Assembly (NCBI GenBank): GCA_037721215.1
Contig: JBBJNV010000003.1
Location: 55,646-119,645, forward strand
DNA: 64,000 nucleotides
Source of the DNA: Gemmatimonadaceae bacterium
GTDB lineage: Bacteria; Gemmatimonadota; Gemmatimonadetes; Gemmatimonadales; Gemmatimonadaceae
Direction of reading: 5' to 3'
Shown here: positions 1 through 9,733 of the stretch, one piece after another
Numbering within the stretch: position 1 is the stretch's first letter
How the letters are laid out: each line of letters begins with the position of its first letter
Translations under genes and position numbers: made by a program
Notes under the pieces: generated by a model
Seen by the model: only the letters and a program-made list of their open reading frames with translations
Told to the model about the DNA's origin: nothing
The model's database searches: none

Positions 1-1137
1 GATTTTCTAGTCACTTCGCTGTTGTGTTTCGCACACCCCGGGCTTGGGTTGAAGCTGCCAAAGGTCGCGGCGAGCGACGACTTCTCGCACATACCGCTGG
101 TAGGACCGTTGCTGCAAGCAGCGGGGGCGTTTTACATCAAGCGTGGAGTAGGAGGGCCCGATCCCGAGCTGACGAGGCAGATAACCGAGCTGGTCGATGA
201 GGGGCACTCGCTCGAGTTCTATGCTGAAGGCACGCGAAGCAGGTCACGGCGTTTCCTGGCTCCAAAGCGGGGGGTTTTGCGGGCGTTGCAGCAATCAGGC
301 AAGTCGGCGGTCGTGCTTCCGCTGTCGATTACCTACGACCGGATTGCCGAGGAAGAAGGGTTTCTGCGCGAGCTCGATGGCACTGCCAAGCACAAGGGTG
401 GACTGGCTCCGCTGGCACGGTGGACCATGAAGCTGATGGGAGGAAAGATCAGGCTGGGCCGCATTCACATCAGAAGCGGCGCGGCGTTGCGTCTTGATCC
501 CGAGACGGATATCAAAGTGTTGAGTCATCGCATTGTGGCGGAGCTGCAGCAGCACACTGCGGTCACGACGTTCCATCTCCGGTCGTTCTGCCACGGCAAC
601 GCCAGGTTCGGCATCGATGCGACCGCGCTCCGCAATGCGATCGTACGACGAGGCGGTGAAGTCATCGTGAGCAAGCTCGGCGGTGAGAAAGAGGTGCCTC
701 CGCTGCTTCAGCGTACGTATGAGGGCCAATGGATGCACCTGTTCTACTCCGACGCGCGGCAGCGGGCACCGGGGAATGCAGCAGTGGCATCCCATATCCG
801 TCGCAACGGATTCTGGTTTCCGGAGAATCAGGGGTTCGACGATGAACTCACCGATACAGTGGTGGAAGCACTGTTCGAGCCCATTTGCGCGGATTACGTG
901 AGGGTTGCATACGAGGTGGAGGCAATGCCGGCAGACGCGGCGTTCAGCGCCCATGAGATAGTGGGACGAATTGCCGGAGTATTTCTGCGCGATGTGGAAG
1001 ACGCCCTCGACGACCTGACCGAACGCGGAATACTCGTTCACGAGCGCGAGATCTATCAGTGGGCGGATGGGCGTCGCGATCTTGCCGACTACCGGAACGA
1101 CTGCATGTGGCAGGCGGCGGATCTGGCGGCAAGGTAG
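1..1137 (+). CDS. PlsB/GNPAT-type glycerolipid acyltransferase, 5'-truncated by window edge
   Basis: Frame open from base 1 (DFLVTSLLCF; the D is probably the end of HxxxxD block I). Block II GAFYIKR, block III FYAEGTRSRS, then LPLSITYD. Confidence 0.85.
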   Translation, partial: DFLVTSLLCFAHPGLGLKLPKVAASDDFSHIPLVGPLLQAAGAFYIKRGVGGPDPELTRQITELVDEGHSLEFYAEGTRSRSRRFLAPKRGVLRALQQSGKSAVVLPLSITYDRIAEEEGFLRELDGTAKHKGGLAPLARWTMKLMGGKIRLGRIHIRSGAALRLDPETDIKVLSHRIVAELQQHTAVTTFHLRSFCHGNARFGIDATALRNAIVRRGGEVIVSKLGGEKEVPPLLQRTYEGQWMHLFYSDARQRAPGNAAVASHIRRNGFWFPENQGFDDELTDTVVEALFEPICADYVRVAYEVEAMPADAAFSAHEIVGRIAGVFLRDVEDALDDLTERGILVHEREIYQWADGRRDLADYRNDCMWQAADLAAR

Positions 1138-1141
1138 TGTC

Positions 1142-2173
1142 GTGAAGGAAACCCGGCCGACGTATCTGATCACTGGCGCAACCGGTTTTCTTGGTCGTCA
1201 CGTCATAGAAGCATTGAGCCGGTGCGTTCCCGATGCTCGCATCGTCGTGCTGGTTCGCGACGCTGGGGCGTGGGAGGCACAACAGTGGCGGGAATCACTG
1301 GGCGATATCGATGTGGTCACCGGCGGCTTGTTCGCAACCGCGACATGGAGCGGGAATCCCCTGCTTTCTGACCTCGACGGTATTTTTCATCTCGCTGCAG
1401 AAGTGAAGCATTCGCGGTCTGGTGTTGACGACATGGAGCGCACGAATGTCGAGGGAACGCTCGGCATGGTTCGTCTTGCAGCAGAAAAGAACTGCCGGCT
1501 GATTTTTGTCTCCACGTCGGGGGCTGTTTCCTGTTCGAGTCGGCCAGGCGAGGGTGTTTTCGAAGACGCTCCGTTTTGCGAGGACGTTGTTGGCAACTGG
1601 CCTTATTACGCATCCAAGATTCGCGCCGAGAGGGAAAGCCGGCGTCTTGCCGCTGAGCTCGGCGTCGATCTGGTGATCTTCCGACCGCCGGTACTACTGG
1701 GGCCGGGGGATCATCGCTATCGGTCCACGTCGAATGTGCTCAAGGTGTTGCGGCGGAAGCTTCCTTTCATCCTCGACGGCAACTTCAATTTCGTCGATAT
1801 CCGTGACGCGGCGACAGCGATAGTGCGCGCGATGCGCCACGCTGATCCCAAACCTGTTTATCATCTCGCGGGGACTGAGGTTACACTCGAGAATTTTTTC
1901 GGCATGATCGCGGAGCAGGCCGGGCTTGAACCATCGTGGACTAGGTTGCCGGCGCGAATGCTGTGGCATGCGGCCCGGCTGAACGCAAAGAGCCGGCTCC
2001 GGTTTCATGCCCTGCCAGATCCGGTGGTGATCGAGATGACGATGCATTACTGGGACATTCGCTCGCAGAATGCAGAGGCGGATCTCGGATATGCATCGCG
2101 CGCGCCGGAGGTAACCATTGCCGACACGGTGGCGTGGCTCCGCGCCAATCCGCCGGAGGCCGGGGGGTCATGA
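1142..2173 (+). CDS. NAD-dependent epimerase/dehydratase (extended SDR)
   Basis: GTG at 1142; TGATGFLG Rossmann motif, FHLAA, YYASK catalytic motif. Confidence 0.9.
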   Translation: MKETRPTYLITGATGFLGRHVIEALSRCVPDARIVVLVRDAGAWEAQQWRESLGDIDVVTGGLFATATWSGNPLLSDLDGIFHLAAEVKHSRSGVDDMERTNVEGTLGMVRLAAEKNCRLIFVSTSGAVSCSSRPGEGVFEDAPFCEDVVGNWPYYASKIRAERESRRLAAELGVDLVIFRPPVLLGPGDHRYRSTSNVLKVLRRKLPFILDGNFNFVDIRDAATAIVRAMRHADPKPVYHLAGTEVTLENFFGMIAEQAGLEPSWTRLPARMLWHAARLNAKSRLRFHALPDPVVIEMTMHYWDIRSQNAEADLGYASRAPEVTIADTVAWLRANPPEAGGS

Positions 2174-2934
2174 TACCGGCGATCGTTGCCGGCCTCATGG
2201 TTGTGGGAATTCCAGTTGCGGGGCTGGGGTGGTGGCTCAAGAGGCGGAAACTGCGCTACAAGCGCCACCCGATTGTTGAATTCGACGACGTACGCGCCGA
2301 TACAAGGACTGGGGACATTCTCCTTTTTCACAAGACCAGCCGGAACGGGCTGGTCGACGCGCTCGAACAGGATGTCGTATCGCCACTGTTGTTCAGTGAA
2401 AACGAATTCCGGCATTCGGGAATAATTGTGCGGAAAGACGGTGGGCTGTTTGTGATGGAATGCGCAGACCGGTTTCATTCGGGGCATGGCGAGGCGACTT
2501 ATCTGACGAAGGGAAACGGGATCCGAATCGTGCCGCTGGAAACGCTGTTGGGCGCATACAGCAGGGACAACGGGGATCCGCATTTCGGGATCAAGCACAT
2601 CTCGGAGGAGATCAGCCTCGACGCAATCGAGTCGACTATCGAACAGTTTGGCCCGATCGACTATCTGAGAATGCACCGGAGCGCCTTGGTCTTTCTGTCG
2701 TGCGCTGTTTTGCCGAAGCGGTTGCAGCCGGGGATTCTCGAGAAATATCGGAGCGAGATGATGTGTTCGGAGTTCGTGCACAGTCTGTTGAGCAAATGCG
2801 GGGTGCTCAGGGATTATCCGTCGAAGCTGTTCGCACCCTATACGATCGAGAATTCAGCGGCGTTTCGGGAGTTCGAGATCGTGAAGTACTCGGAGGTTGT
2901 GCGATTCAGGTATGGGAGGCCGACACCAGTGTAG
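2170..2934 (+). CDS. Membrane-anchored permuted papain-fold (YiiX/YebB-like NlpC/P60) protein
   Basis: ATG at 2170 overlaps the upstream stop (ATGA). N-terminal TM helix, GDILLF, His (FRHSGII) before Cys (MMCSEFV). Confidence 0.75.
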   Translation: MIPAIVAGLMVVGIPVAGLGWWLKRRKLRYKRHPIVEFDDVRADTRTGDILLFHKTSRNGLVDALEQDVVSPLLFSENEFRHSGIIVRKDGGLFVMECADRFHSGHGEATYLTKGNGIRIVPLETLLGAYSRDNGDPHFGIKHISEEISLDAIESTIEQFGPIDYLRMHRSALVFLSCAVLPKRLQPGILEKYRSEMMCSEFVHSLLSKCGVLRDYPSKLFAPYTIENSAAFREFEIVKYSEVVRFRYGRPTPV

Positions 2935-2967
2935 AAGCGGCTGCAACTGCCAGCGTCCGACATCACG

Positions 2968-3390
2968 TCAGCGGGGTCGGGCCGGCGTAATTGTTGGAAC
3001 AACCTGCCGCCGGTTGCGGCGATAGACCCGAAAATCACTATCAAGCGTTACGATCGCACTCCGCGGCTCAAGTTCTGTCATCCGTACGAGACACGCATCG
3101 GCAAGCGACATCGGAACGTTCGCGAACTTACGCATGAGGCCTCGGAGCGCTTCGATTTCGGAAGACATGCGAAAGTCGATTTGTAATACGTCTTTCGCGA
3201 GAAGCTCGAATACCGCGTCCCGGCCACCGGTGAGCCGTCCGAGCAGGAAGCACGCTTCCGAAACGACAGCTTCGCAGGTAAAGACTGGTGGTGCGACCGT
3301 GGCCAGCACCCCGCGAATCCACGCATGGTGATGGTCGCGGCGGTTGAGAAGTGCAACGATGGGACCCGTATCGATGACGATCCTGGTCAC
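2968..3390 (-). CDS. vapC: PIN-domain toxin
   Basis: IVIDTGP, CEAVVSEA, SLADA, TLDSDF give the acidic PIN tetrad; 140 aa. Confidence 0.92.
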   Translation of the reverse strand: MTRIVIDTGPIVALLNRRDHHHAWIRGVLATVAPPVFTCEAVVSEACFLLGRLTGGRDAVFELLAKDVLQIDFRMSSEIEALRGLMRKFANVPMSLADACLVRMTELEPRSAIVTLDSDFRVYRRNRRQVVPTITPARPR

Positions 3391-3614
3391 TTCCCGTACA
3401 TGGTCATGTGCCTGGGATTTGTCGAAAGATCCGCCGGGCCGTCCAATGGCTTCACCAGGTTGTCGACTATCGCCGTCACCGAGCTGCTGTTGTTCGCAGC
3501 CAACCCCTCCAATGCCTGTCGAACCAGAGCAGAGCGAGTCGACCCGCGGCGGCGGGCCAGGTCGCTTAACGCCTGATCCAGCCGTTCGGGGAGTTTGAAC
3601 GAAACGGTGCGCAT
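3387..3614 (-). CDS. Ribbon-helix-helix (CopG-type) antitoxin
   Basis: MRTVSFKLPERLDQAL..STRSALVRQAL; upstream of the toxin with a 4-nt GTGA overlap. Confidence 0.9.
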   Translation of the reverse strand: MRTVSFKLPERLDQALSDLARRRGSTRSALVRQALEGLAANNSSSVTAIVDNLVKPLDGPADLSTNPRHMTMYGK

Positions 3615-3626
3615 TGGGCTATCCAG

Positions 3627-3655
3627 GTATTACCTCCGTAGCAGAATCGTAATAC
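3627..3655. promoter_or_regulatory. Probable TA autoregulatory operator GTATTAC-N15-GTAATAC
   Basis: Perfect 7-bp inverted repeat just upstream of the antitoxin ATG. Confidence 0.55.
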
Positions 3656-3790
3656 CCCATGGCTTGGCGATCAAGGTTCCAATAGCAGGAATGAGCAAAA
3701 CGTCACGCATTCCGCATTCATTCAGCCTGTTACTCTGCGCCGCTGCACCGTGTGAGGAAGGATACAAATGAATGATGGCCCGCGAGCGAG

Positions 3791-4603
3791 CTAGAAAAAC
3801 AACAGTGACTCCCGGATTCCGGCCCAACCGACGGTCGGCCCGCGACGCTCAGGCCGCGCCAGAATCCCAAAGCGAAGCGTTGTAGACAACGAATAAGATT
3901 TGAGCGGGCCGCTGAGCCGATGTTCGAGGTCCAGTCCCATGTCCAGTCCCTGAAAACCGAACCCGGTTGTGGGCGTACCGGACGGGCCGGCGAGATCTCC
4001 AGCCCTCGCAATGGCTCTCAGCACCGCCGCAACGGTATGCACGTTCTCGACGCGATCGAACACCGTACCAGCACTCGCACTTGCACCCGCCGACGTCCAC
4101 GTCGCCTTCCGTTGTCCCACCAGACGGGCAGCATCGAACTCCAGCCGCAACGTCCGAATTCCGAGCGACTCGATCCCTACGTCGACTATTCCACGTGCTC
4201 CCAGTTCCTCGGCGTTTTTCGCGGCTTCCGGTGCGACGCGGTCGATGTTCGGATTCCAGTATTCAGCGAACCGAAGTACCAGTGAAGCCGGATGTGGAGC
4301 GCCCCGGAATGGAATCTGATAATGCAGTGCCGCCGAGTACTGATCGCCGCCCTTGAACCGCTCGCGTTCGGCCAGCGATGTCCATCCACGCACCTCCAGC
4401 TGAAGACCTCGCGCGATACTGGGGAGCGCAACCGACGCGCCTGTCTCGAGTCCCGCGGCATCGCTCAACGTTATGCCGCGCCAGTGAAGCCGCGAGTTGA
4501 CTCCCGCAGATACGCCAAGTGAATCATCGACTGGCAGACGCTGGGCAGCGAGAACATCGGCCGAGGCCGCGATTGCAACAATCGCCACAAGCGCTCGAAT
4601 CAC
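3791..4603 (-). CDS. Secreted outer-membrane beta-barrel-like protein (TorF-like putative porin)
   Basis: Signal peptide, SRLHWRGITLS, alternating beta-strand pattern, C-terminal Phe. Confidence 0.55.
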   Translation of the reverse strand: MIRALVAIVAIAASADVLAAQRLPVDDSLGVSAGVNSRLHWRGITLSDAAGLETGASVALPSIARGLQLEVRGWTSLAERERFKGGDQYSAALHYQIPFRGAPHPASLVLRFAEYWNPNIDRVAPEAAKNAEELGARGIVDVGIESLGIRTLRLEFDAARLVGQRKATWTSAGASASAGTVFDRVENVHTVAAVLRAIARAGDLAGPSGTPTTGFGFQGLDMGLDLEHRLSGPLKSYSLSTTLRFGILARPERRGPTVGWAGIRESLLFF

Positions 4604-5430
4604 CGGATGTGCCTCCGAGCTTCGATCACTGCCGGCAACCGGCGTAACAAAGCGTCAGAGATCTTCTGTTCGAGCATCCGGAACCCGTTTTCAGTGGGAT
4701 GAATTTCGTTTATCCAGTCTCTTGAACGGTCCAGCGTGCCTCGAAGGTCGATGTATATCGTAGTTGAGGGATAGGCGCGCTCGAGCGCCGCAAGCACGAC
4801 GTTGAATTCGTCGATGAACACTCTCAGAATCGCGCTCTGAAGATCGGGATTGAGGATTCCGCGTTTCTTCATCGATGGAAGTATCCATGGTCCAGCCAGC
4901 CGGAATCCGTCGTAACGAACCTTCTCGCCGGTAGCGCACAGATAATCGTAGCCGTGGACAGCGATTGGAGCATACGCGCCGAGTGCTCCGATCAGTCGCA
5001 CGTATCCGCGCCTGATATCCGTCTTTTTCTCATCCCACACAATCGCGTTGACGTGCTGGGCAGCGCTTTTCGATGAATTGTAATCCATGAGCGCGCGGTA
5101 AATCCACCGGAGCTCAGGAGCCTCGGGTATCGGTGTGAAAATATCGTTGCCGCCGCCGCTTAAGAGGATGCACTCGGGTTTTTCCTTTTTCGCGATGGCG
5201 GCGAGCAATGCGAGATTCGCGTCGGTGGTCATGTTCTCCACCGTGTCGGCGCTTCTCTCGAGACGGTTGATCGCCCACTGGCCCTCGCTCTCGAGCCAGT
5301 CGACGATGTTTGCATGCGGGGGATAGTCGAACCACGAATCCCCCTCGGTCATCAGCCGCCGGAGACCATCCCGCTTTGCGTTCCTGTAGCGCTTTCGTCG
5401 TTCCTCGGGTTCCCACGGCTCACCGGGCAT
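4600..5430 (-). CDS. SGNH/GDSL hydrolase
   Basis: EGDSWFDYP, SGGGND, NEIHPT blocks. Confidence 0.85.
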   Translation of the reverse strand: MPGEPWEPEERRKRYRNAKRDGLRRLMTEGDSWFDYPPHANIVDWLESEGQWAINRLERSADTVENMTTDANLALLAAIAKKEKPECILLSGGGNDIFTPIPEAPELRWIYRALMDYNSSKSAAQHVNAIVWDEKKTDIRRGYVRLIGALGAYAPIAVHGYDYLCATGEKVRYDGFRLAGPWILPSMKKRGILNPDLQSAILRVFIDEFNVVLAALERAYPSTTIYIDLRGTLDRSRDWINEIHPTENGFRMLEQKISDALLRRLPAVIEARRHIR

Positions 5431-5475
5431 CGATTTGCTCCGACGTTTATGTGAAAAGCACCGCGCTCGTCAGGG

Positions 5476-7812
5476 TTACATCCGAAACAGATAGCTGACC
5501 TTTCCGAAGAAGCCGTCCCTCGACCGTCTGAGATCCTGGAACCGAAACTCCTGCGGCTCTTCCAGCGTCGAGCCGTAGCCAGCGTAGACGAGCGTGCCGG
5601 GAATGGGCCGGTAGCTGAAGAGCCAGTCGACGGAGAACTCATTCGTGGTACTTCCGCGATCGAGCACACCCCGCAGGAGGACAGGGTTTCCATCTCGGTC
5701 TTCGAGTGGAGCGCGTGAGCGCGCGGCGTACTGGCCCACGAGCCGCAGGAAAATGGCGGGACTCACCTGATACTCGGTTCTTACCCGCGGAATAGTTTCG
5801 GTCGAGAATCTCGACCCAGCACCTGCCCGATCGAGTGTCAGTCGCGAGAATTGCAGCGAGCTCCGGAGTGCCGCGGTCGGTCGAACGTCGAATGCGGCGT
5901 CGATTCTGGAGCCGCGACCTGGCGATGCTTCGCGAAATATCGGCACCGCGCCCCAGCTTACACTCCCGTTTGCGCTGAACAACCGCAGCGTCGGAGTCGT
6001 CACGCGGAGCGAACCTCCCCACTGATTGTCCTCCGGCGCCGGCGTGAGGAAAGCCACGGTATCGGTCGACCCGCCTGCGACACGCTGGACCTGGAGGCCG
6101 GTGTAGACCAGTGGATCGTAGGCAAAGAATCCGCGCGATATGCCCCCACCGACCTGCCACCCGCCGCGCAGCGTCGCAGATGGCGAGATGGATTCACTCT
6201 TTTCTATCGCCGGATGGCCCTCAATTGCATTTGACCAGGTCCGCTGCAGGCCCAAAAATCCGCCGTACGTCTGGACGAGTGCACCGGGCGCTCCGTAAAA
6301 GCTGAAGCGGTTGAATGCACGCCCCTCGCGAACGCCGGTACGATTCACGAATCCCGCGGCGGCACGGAAGTCAGGATCGATATCCCTGAGGGTGTAGTTG
6401 AATCCCCAGGCGCGGCCGGTGCGGTCCCATGTTGCCTGCATGAGGGAGCCGGTGCGGCGGTCGCGCGAGCTGTCTGTCCACGACTGCGCCGCCTGCAACT
6501 GCACGTAATACAGCTTTGAGTGATAGATCCGGAGATCTGCACCGGCAAGCCGCGAATGATTGTCTCCATCTTCGCGCGCGGTGAGTACCGAGCCCATAGT
6601 GTAGTTGCGTCCAAAATCCCTCCGCAGGCGGGCGACGCCGAAGAGCGGTGTACGTGCAGAGCTGATTGAATAATCGCGATCATCGCCAACGAGCATCGCC
6701 CCGACGTTGACGCCAGCAAGCTTGCCGCCGAGCTTGAGCCCGGCCTGAGGAGCGACAATGCGCCTGGTGTAGATGAGCTGGTTCGGGGTGTCGAACAGCT
6801 CGAGTCCGTCGAGAAAGAAAGGCCGCTTTTCCGGATAGAAAAGAGCAAATCGCTCGTTGAGGAGTACCTGGCCGACATCCGCCTCGACTTGCGAAAAATC
6901 AGGATTCACAGTGGCGTTAAGGGTAAGGCTCTGGCGGATTCCCCACTTGATATCCGCTCCGACTTCCGACTGTGACCGGTATTCATGCCCGGCATCGGCT
7001 CGCGTCGCACCATCCGCCCTGCTGGTGGCAGTAGGAGTTGCTTCGAGAACGAGACCGCGCCGCATGTCGTGCAATCCTGCGAGGGTGCCTGACTGCGCGA
7101 GAAAATTCGAGCCGGCGCGAATGGCCGGTGCCCATGTGTCCTGAAATCCGGAGTGCTGCACCCGACGAAGAATGTGGATGCCCCACGACTGAGTTTTCGA
7201 TTCCTGATACCGCAGACTCTTGAACGGGATGCGGATCTCTACTTCATATCCGCCTTCCACAAGCCGTCCGCGCGAGTCAAAGACATAGTCGGGGTTGAGG
7301 TCAACCGTTCCATCGAGAGGATTGATGTTGCGCGACCCGCCGCCGGTTGCCGACGATCCTCCAGCCCCTCCCGCGAACTGCGAGCTGCGCGTGCCATCCT
7401 GCTGAACGCCAAGCGCGTTTACGCCGAACAGGAACGCAAGCTGACGGTCGTTTTCGGTATCGAGAAGAATCTGAACGTGATCTTCGCTGGCGATGTTGTC
7501 GCGGTTGGCATTGGTCGCGCGCACCACCGGGCCGTGACTCTCGCGGGCGCGAATTCCAAAATGAATTGCATCGGGGGAATACCAAACCAGAACTTCGGTT
7601 GCGTCGTCGGCCGCGCGTCCATCCACTGGCTGATACTGTGAGAACCCGGAGAGCCGGGCGGCGCGCGTCCATACCTGTTCATCAAGGCGGCCGTCAACGC
7701 TGATCGACGCATCGGCCCGCGGAGTGGCGACCTGCGTACGTTTCGCGCGGCCGTCGTAGATGAGCGACGAATCCTGAAGCAGCGACACCGCTAGCAATGC
7801 CGGGATGAGCAT
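5476..7812 (-). CDS. CBM9-like + DUF5916 outer-membrane protein
   Basis: Signal peptide, VDGRLDEQVW, NPDFSQVEAD, PEKRPFFLDG, C-terminal YLFRM. Confidence 0.88.
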   Translation of the reverse strand: MLIPALLAVSLLQDSSLIYDGRAKRTQVATPRADASISVDGRLDEQVWTRAARLSGFSQYQPVDGRAADDATEVLVWYSPDAIHFGIRARESHGPVVRATNANRDNIASEDHVQILLDTENDRQLAFLFGVNALGVQQDGTRSSQFAGGAGGSSATGGGSRNINPLDGTVDLNPDYVFDSRGRLVEGGYEVEIRIPFKSLRYQESKTQSWGIHILRRVQHSGFQDTWAPAIRAGSNFLAQSGTLAGLHDMRRGLVLEATPTATSRADGATRADAGHEYRSQSEVGADIKWGIRQSLTLNATVNPDFSQVEADVGQVLLNERFALFYPEKRPFFLDGLELFDTPNQLIYTRRIVAPQAGLKLGGKLAGVNVGAMLVGDDRDYSISSARTPLFGVARLRRDFGRNYTMGSVLTAREDGDNHSRLAGADLRIYHSKLYYVQLQAAQSWTDSSRDRRTGSLMQATWDRTGRAWGFNYTLRDIDPDFRAAAGFVNRTGVREGRAFNRFSFYGAPGALVQTYGGFLGLQRTWSNAIEGHPAIEKSESISPSATLRGGWQVGGGISRGFFAYDPLVYTGLQVQRVAGGSTDTVAFLTPAPEDNQWGGSLRVTTPTLRLFSANGSVSWGAVPIFREASPGRGSRIDAAFDVRPTAALRSSLQFSRLTLDRAGAGSRFSTETIPRVRTEYQVSPAIFLRLVGQYAARSRAPLEDRDGNPVLLRGVLDRGSTTNEFSVDWLFSYRPIPGTLVYAGYGSTLEEPQEFRFQDLRRSRDGFFGKVSYLFRM

Positions 7813-7890
7813 TGCGGGAATTTAGTGCAGTCGAGAAGCGGGCGAGTACCCTGCTTCATCCAGACGACAGGAAGAGGAGCGGGAAACCGT

Positions 7891-8200
7891 TACCACAGAT
7901 GACACAGATGGACACAGATGATGACATCCGGTTTCACTTCGTATCTCGCCATCACTGCTGCAACAAGAAAATGTGTAATTGGGAACAGCGACGCTTCACA
8001 TGCCATAGACGATACGACCTCAGACACAGATTATCTGACAGGTCCTGTGTTCGGGAACAGCCATGACAGTCGCGACGGGGTTGCCCTAATTTCAATTCTC
8101 CTGCTCAGCCAACCGACAGAAGCGAGCGCAGTTCCCTACATCTTCCCGCCGTTGCAGTTCCATCTGTGTCATCTGTGTCCATCTGCGTCATCTGTGGTTA
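7891..8200. repeat. Inverted-repeat element with tandem CACAGATG arms, copy 1
   Basis: Left arm 7891-7925 TACCACAGATGACACAGATGGACACAGATG; right arm 8161-8200 is its reverse complement; an extra GACACAGAT unit at 8023. Confidence 0.85.
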
Positions 8201-8293
8201 CCGCGCTTTATCGCGCCTACCGACAAATCTCTCTTCCCGGAACCGGACGAAGCCTCCAGAATTACCTCGAGCCATCACCCAATCGACAACCCG

Positions 8294-9649
8294 ATGAGAA
8301 TTTTTGTACTCGCCGCCGCGCTCGCCCTCCTGGCAAGCTCCTGCCGCCCCGTAGTATCGGGCCCGGCGCCTTCACCTTCGTCTCCGGTCCCCGCGCAGGC
8401 TCCGCGACAGACCATTCCGCTCACGACCACTGAAACGCAGATCCGCGATGCCGTCCGGAAGCACTACGACTCCTCGATCAGCCTGCTGCAACGCGCAGTC
8501 GATATCCCGAGCGGCACCAACAACCTGGCGGGCGTGCGGAAAGTAGGGGACCTGTTCATGGCCGAGCTGCGCGGGATCGGGTTCGAAACCCGATGGGAAA
8601 CACTGCCAGACTCGCTGCACCGCGCCGGACACCTGATTGCGGTTCGTCGCGGCACGCGTGGACCCCGGCTGCTGCTCATCGGCCACCTCGATACGGTGTT
8701 TGAGGGCGAAGGCCAGGGCTGGGTGCGTGAAGACACGATCGCGCGCGGAGCTGGCACGAGCGACATGAAGGGCGGTGATGTGTCGATGATTCTCGCACTC
8801 CGTGCCCTGGCCGATGCCGGGCAGCTAAAGGACATGCACATCACCGTGATCATGACGGGGGACGAAGAATCTGCTGGCCGGCCGATCAGCGTCTCGCGCG
8901 CCTCGCTACTCGATGCGGCCCGCCAGAGTGACCTTGCACTCGCCTTCGAGGGCGGCTCGGCCACGCGTGTGGCGATTGGCCGCCGCGGTTCCAGCAGCTG
9001 GCGTCTCGACGTAACTGGCCGGCAGGCCCACTCTGCGGGAATTTTTTCGACAGGCACCGGCTACGGTGCGGCATATGAGGGGGTGAGGATTCTTGACGAG
9101 TTCCGCCGGGCAATGGCCGGCGAGCGTGGACTCACATTCAACGTGGGTATCCTGGCCTCCGGCACTCACGTCATTGCCGATTCGTCGGGGGCAGTGGTGA
9201 CGGTCGATGGAAAATCAAACATCGTTCCACCGGTTCTTCGCGCAACCGGCGACCTGCGATTTCTAACCGAATCGCAAAAAGACTCAGCACGGGAGCGAAT
9301 GCGCGCAATCGTCTCCCGCTCGTTGTCGAACACCCAGGCGACGATCGCCTTTAGTGATGCATATCCGGCCATGGCAGTAACGCCCATCGGTGAGCGTCTG
9401 CTCGCAATCTTCGACGGCGCCAGCCAGGCTCTGGGATATCCAGCTGTGTCGTACACACCACCCGAGGAGCGGGGTGCCGGGGATATCTCTTTTGTAGCGC
9501 CGCTGATTCCGGGCATCGACGGACTGGGTGTCGATGGCGCAGGGGCGCACTCACCCCGCGAAATGGTCCGGCTTGCATCGATTAGAATGAGTGCCGAACG
9601 TGCAGCAGTGTTCATGAGCAGGCTCATGGAACAGTGGCCCAGGCGTTGA
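8294..9649 (+). CDS. M20 metallopeptidase lipoprotein (carboxypeptidase G2-like)
   Basis: Lipobox LASSC; GHLDTVF, DMKGG, GDEE, FEG, GAHSPRE. Confidence 0.92.
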   Translation: MRIFVLAAALALLASSCRPVVSGPAPSPSSPVPAQAPRQTIPLTTTETQIRDAVRKHYDSSISLLQRAVDIPSGTNNLAGVRKVGDLFMAELRGIGFETRWETLPDSLHRAGHLIAVRRGTRGPRLLLIGHLDTVFEGEGQGWVREDTIARGAGTSDMKGGDVSMILALRALADAGQLKDMHITVIMTGDEESAGRPISVSRASLLDAARQSDLALAFEGGSATRVAIGRRGSSSWRLDVTGRQAHSAGIFSTGTGYGAAYEGVRILDEFRRAMAGERGLTFNVGILASGTHVIADSSGAVVTVDGKSNIVPPVLRATGDLRFLTESQKDSARERMRAIVSRSLSNTQATIAFSDAYPAMAVTPIGERLLAIFDGASQALGYPAVSYTPPEERGAGDISFVAPLIPGIDGLGVDGAGAHSPREMVRLASIRMSAERAAVFMSRLMEQWPRR

Positions 9650-9733
9650 TCGCTGACGTTTGCCGATTCGCCGGCGTCGCGGAATGCCGATTGCTTCTCT
9701 TTACCTTTCCACACTACGCCCAAGGCAACGAGA

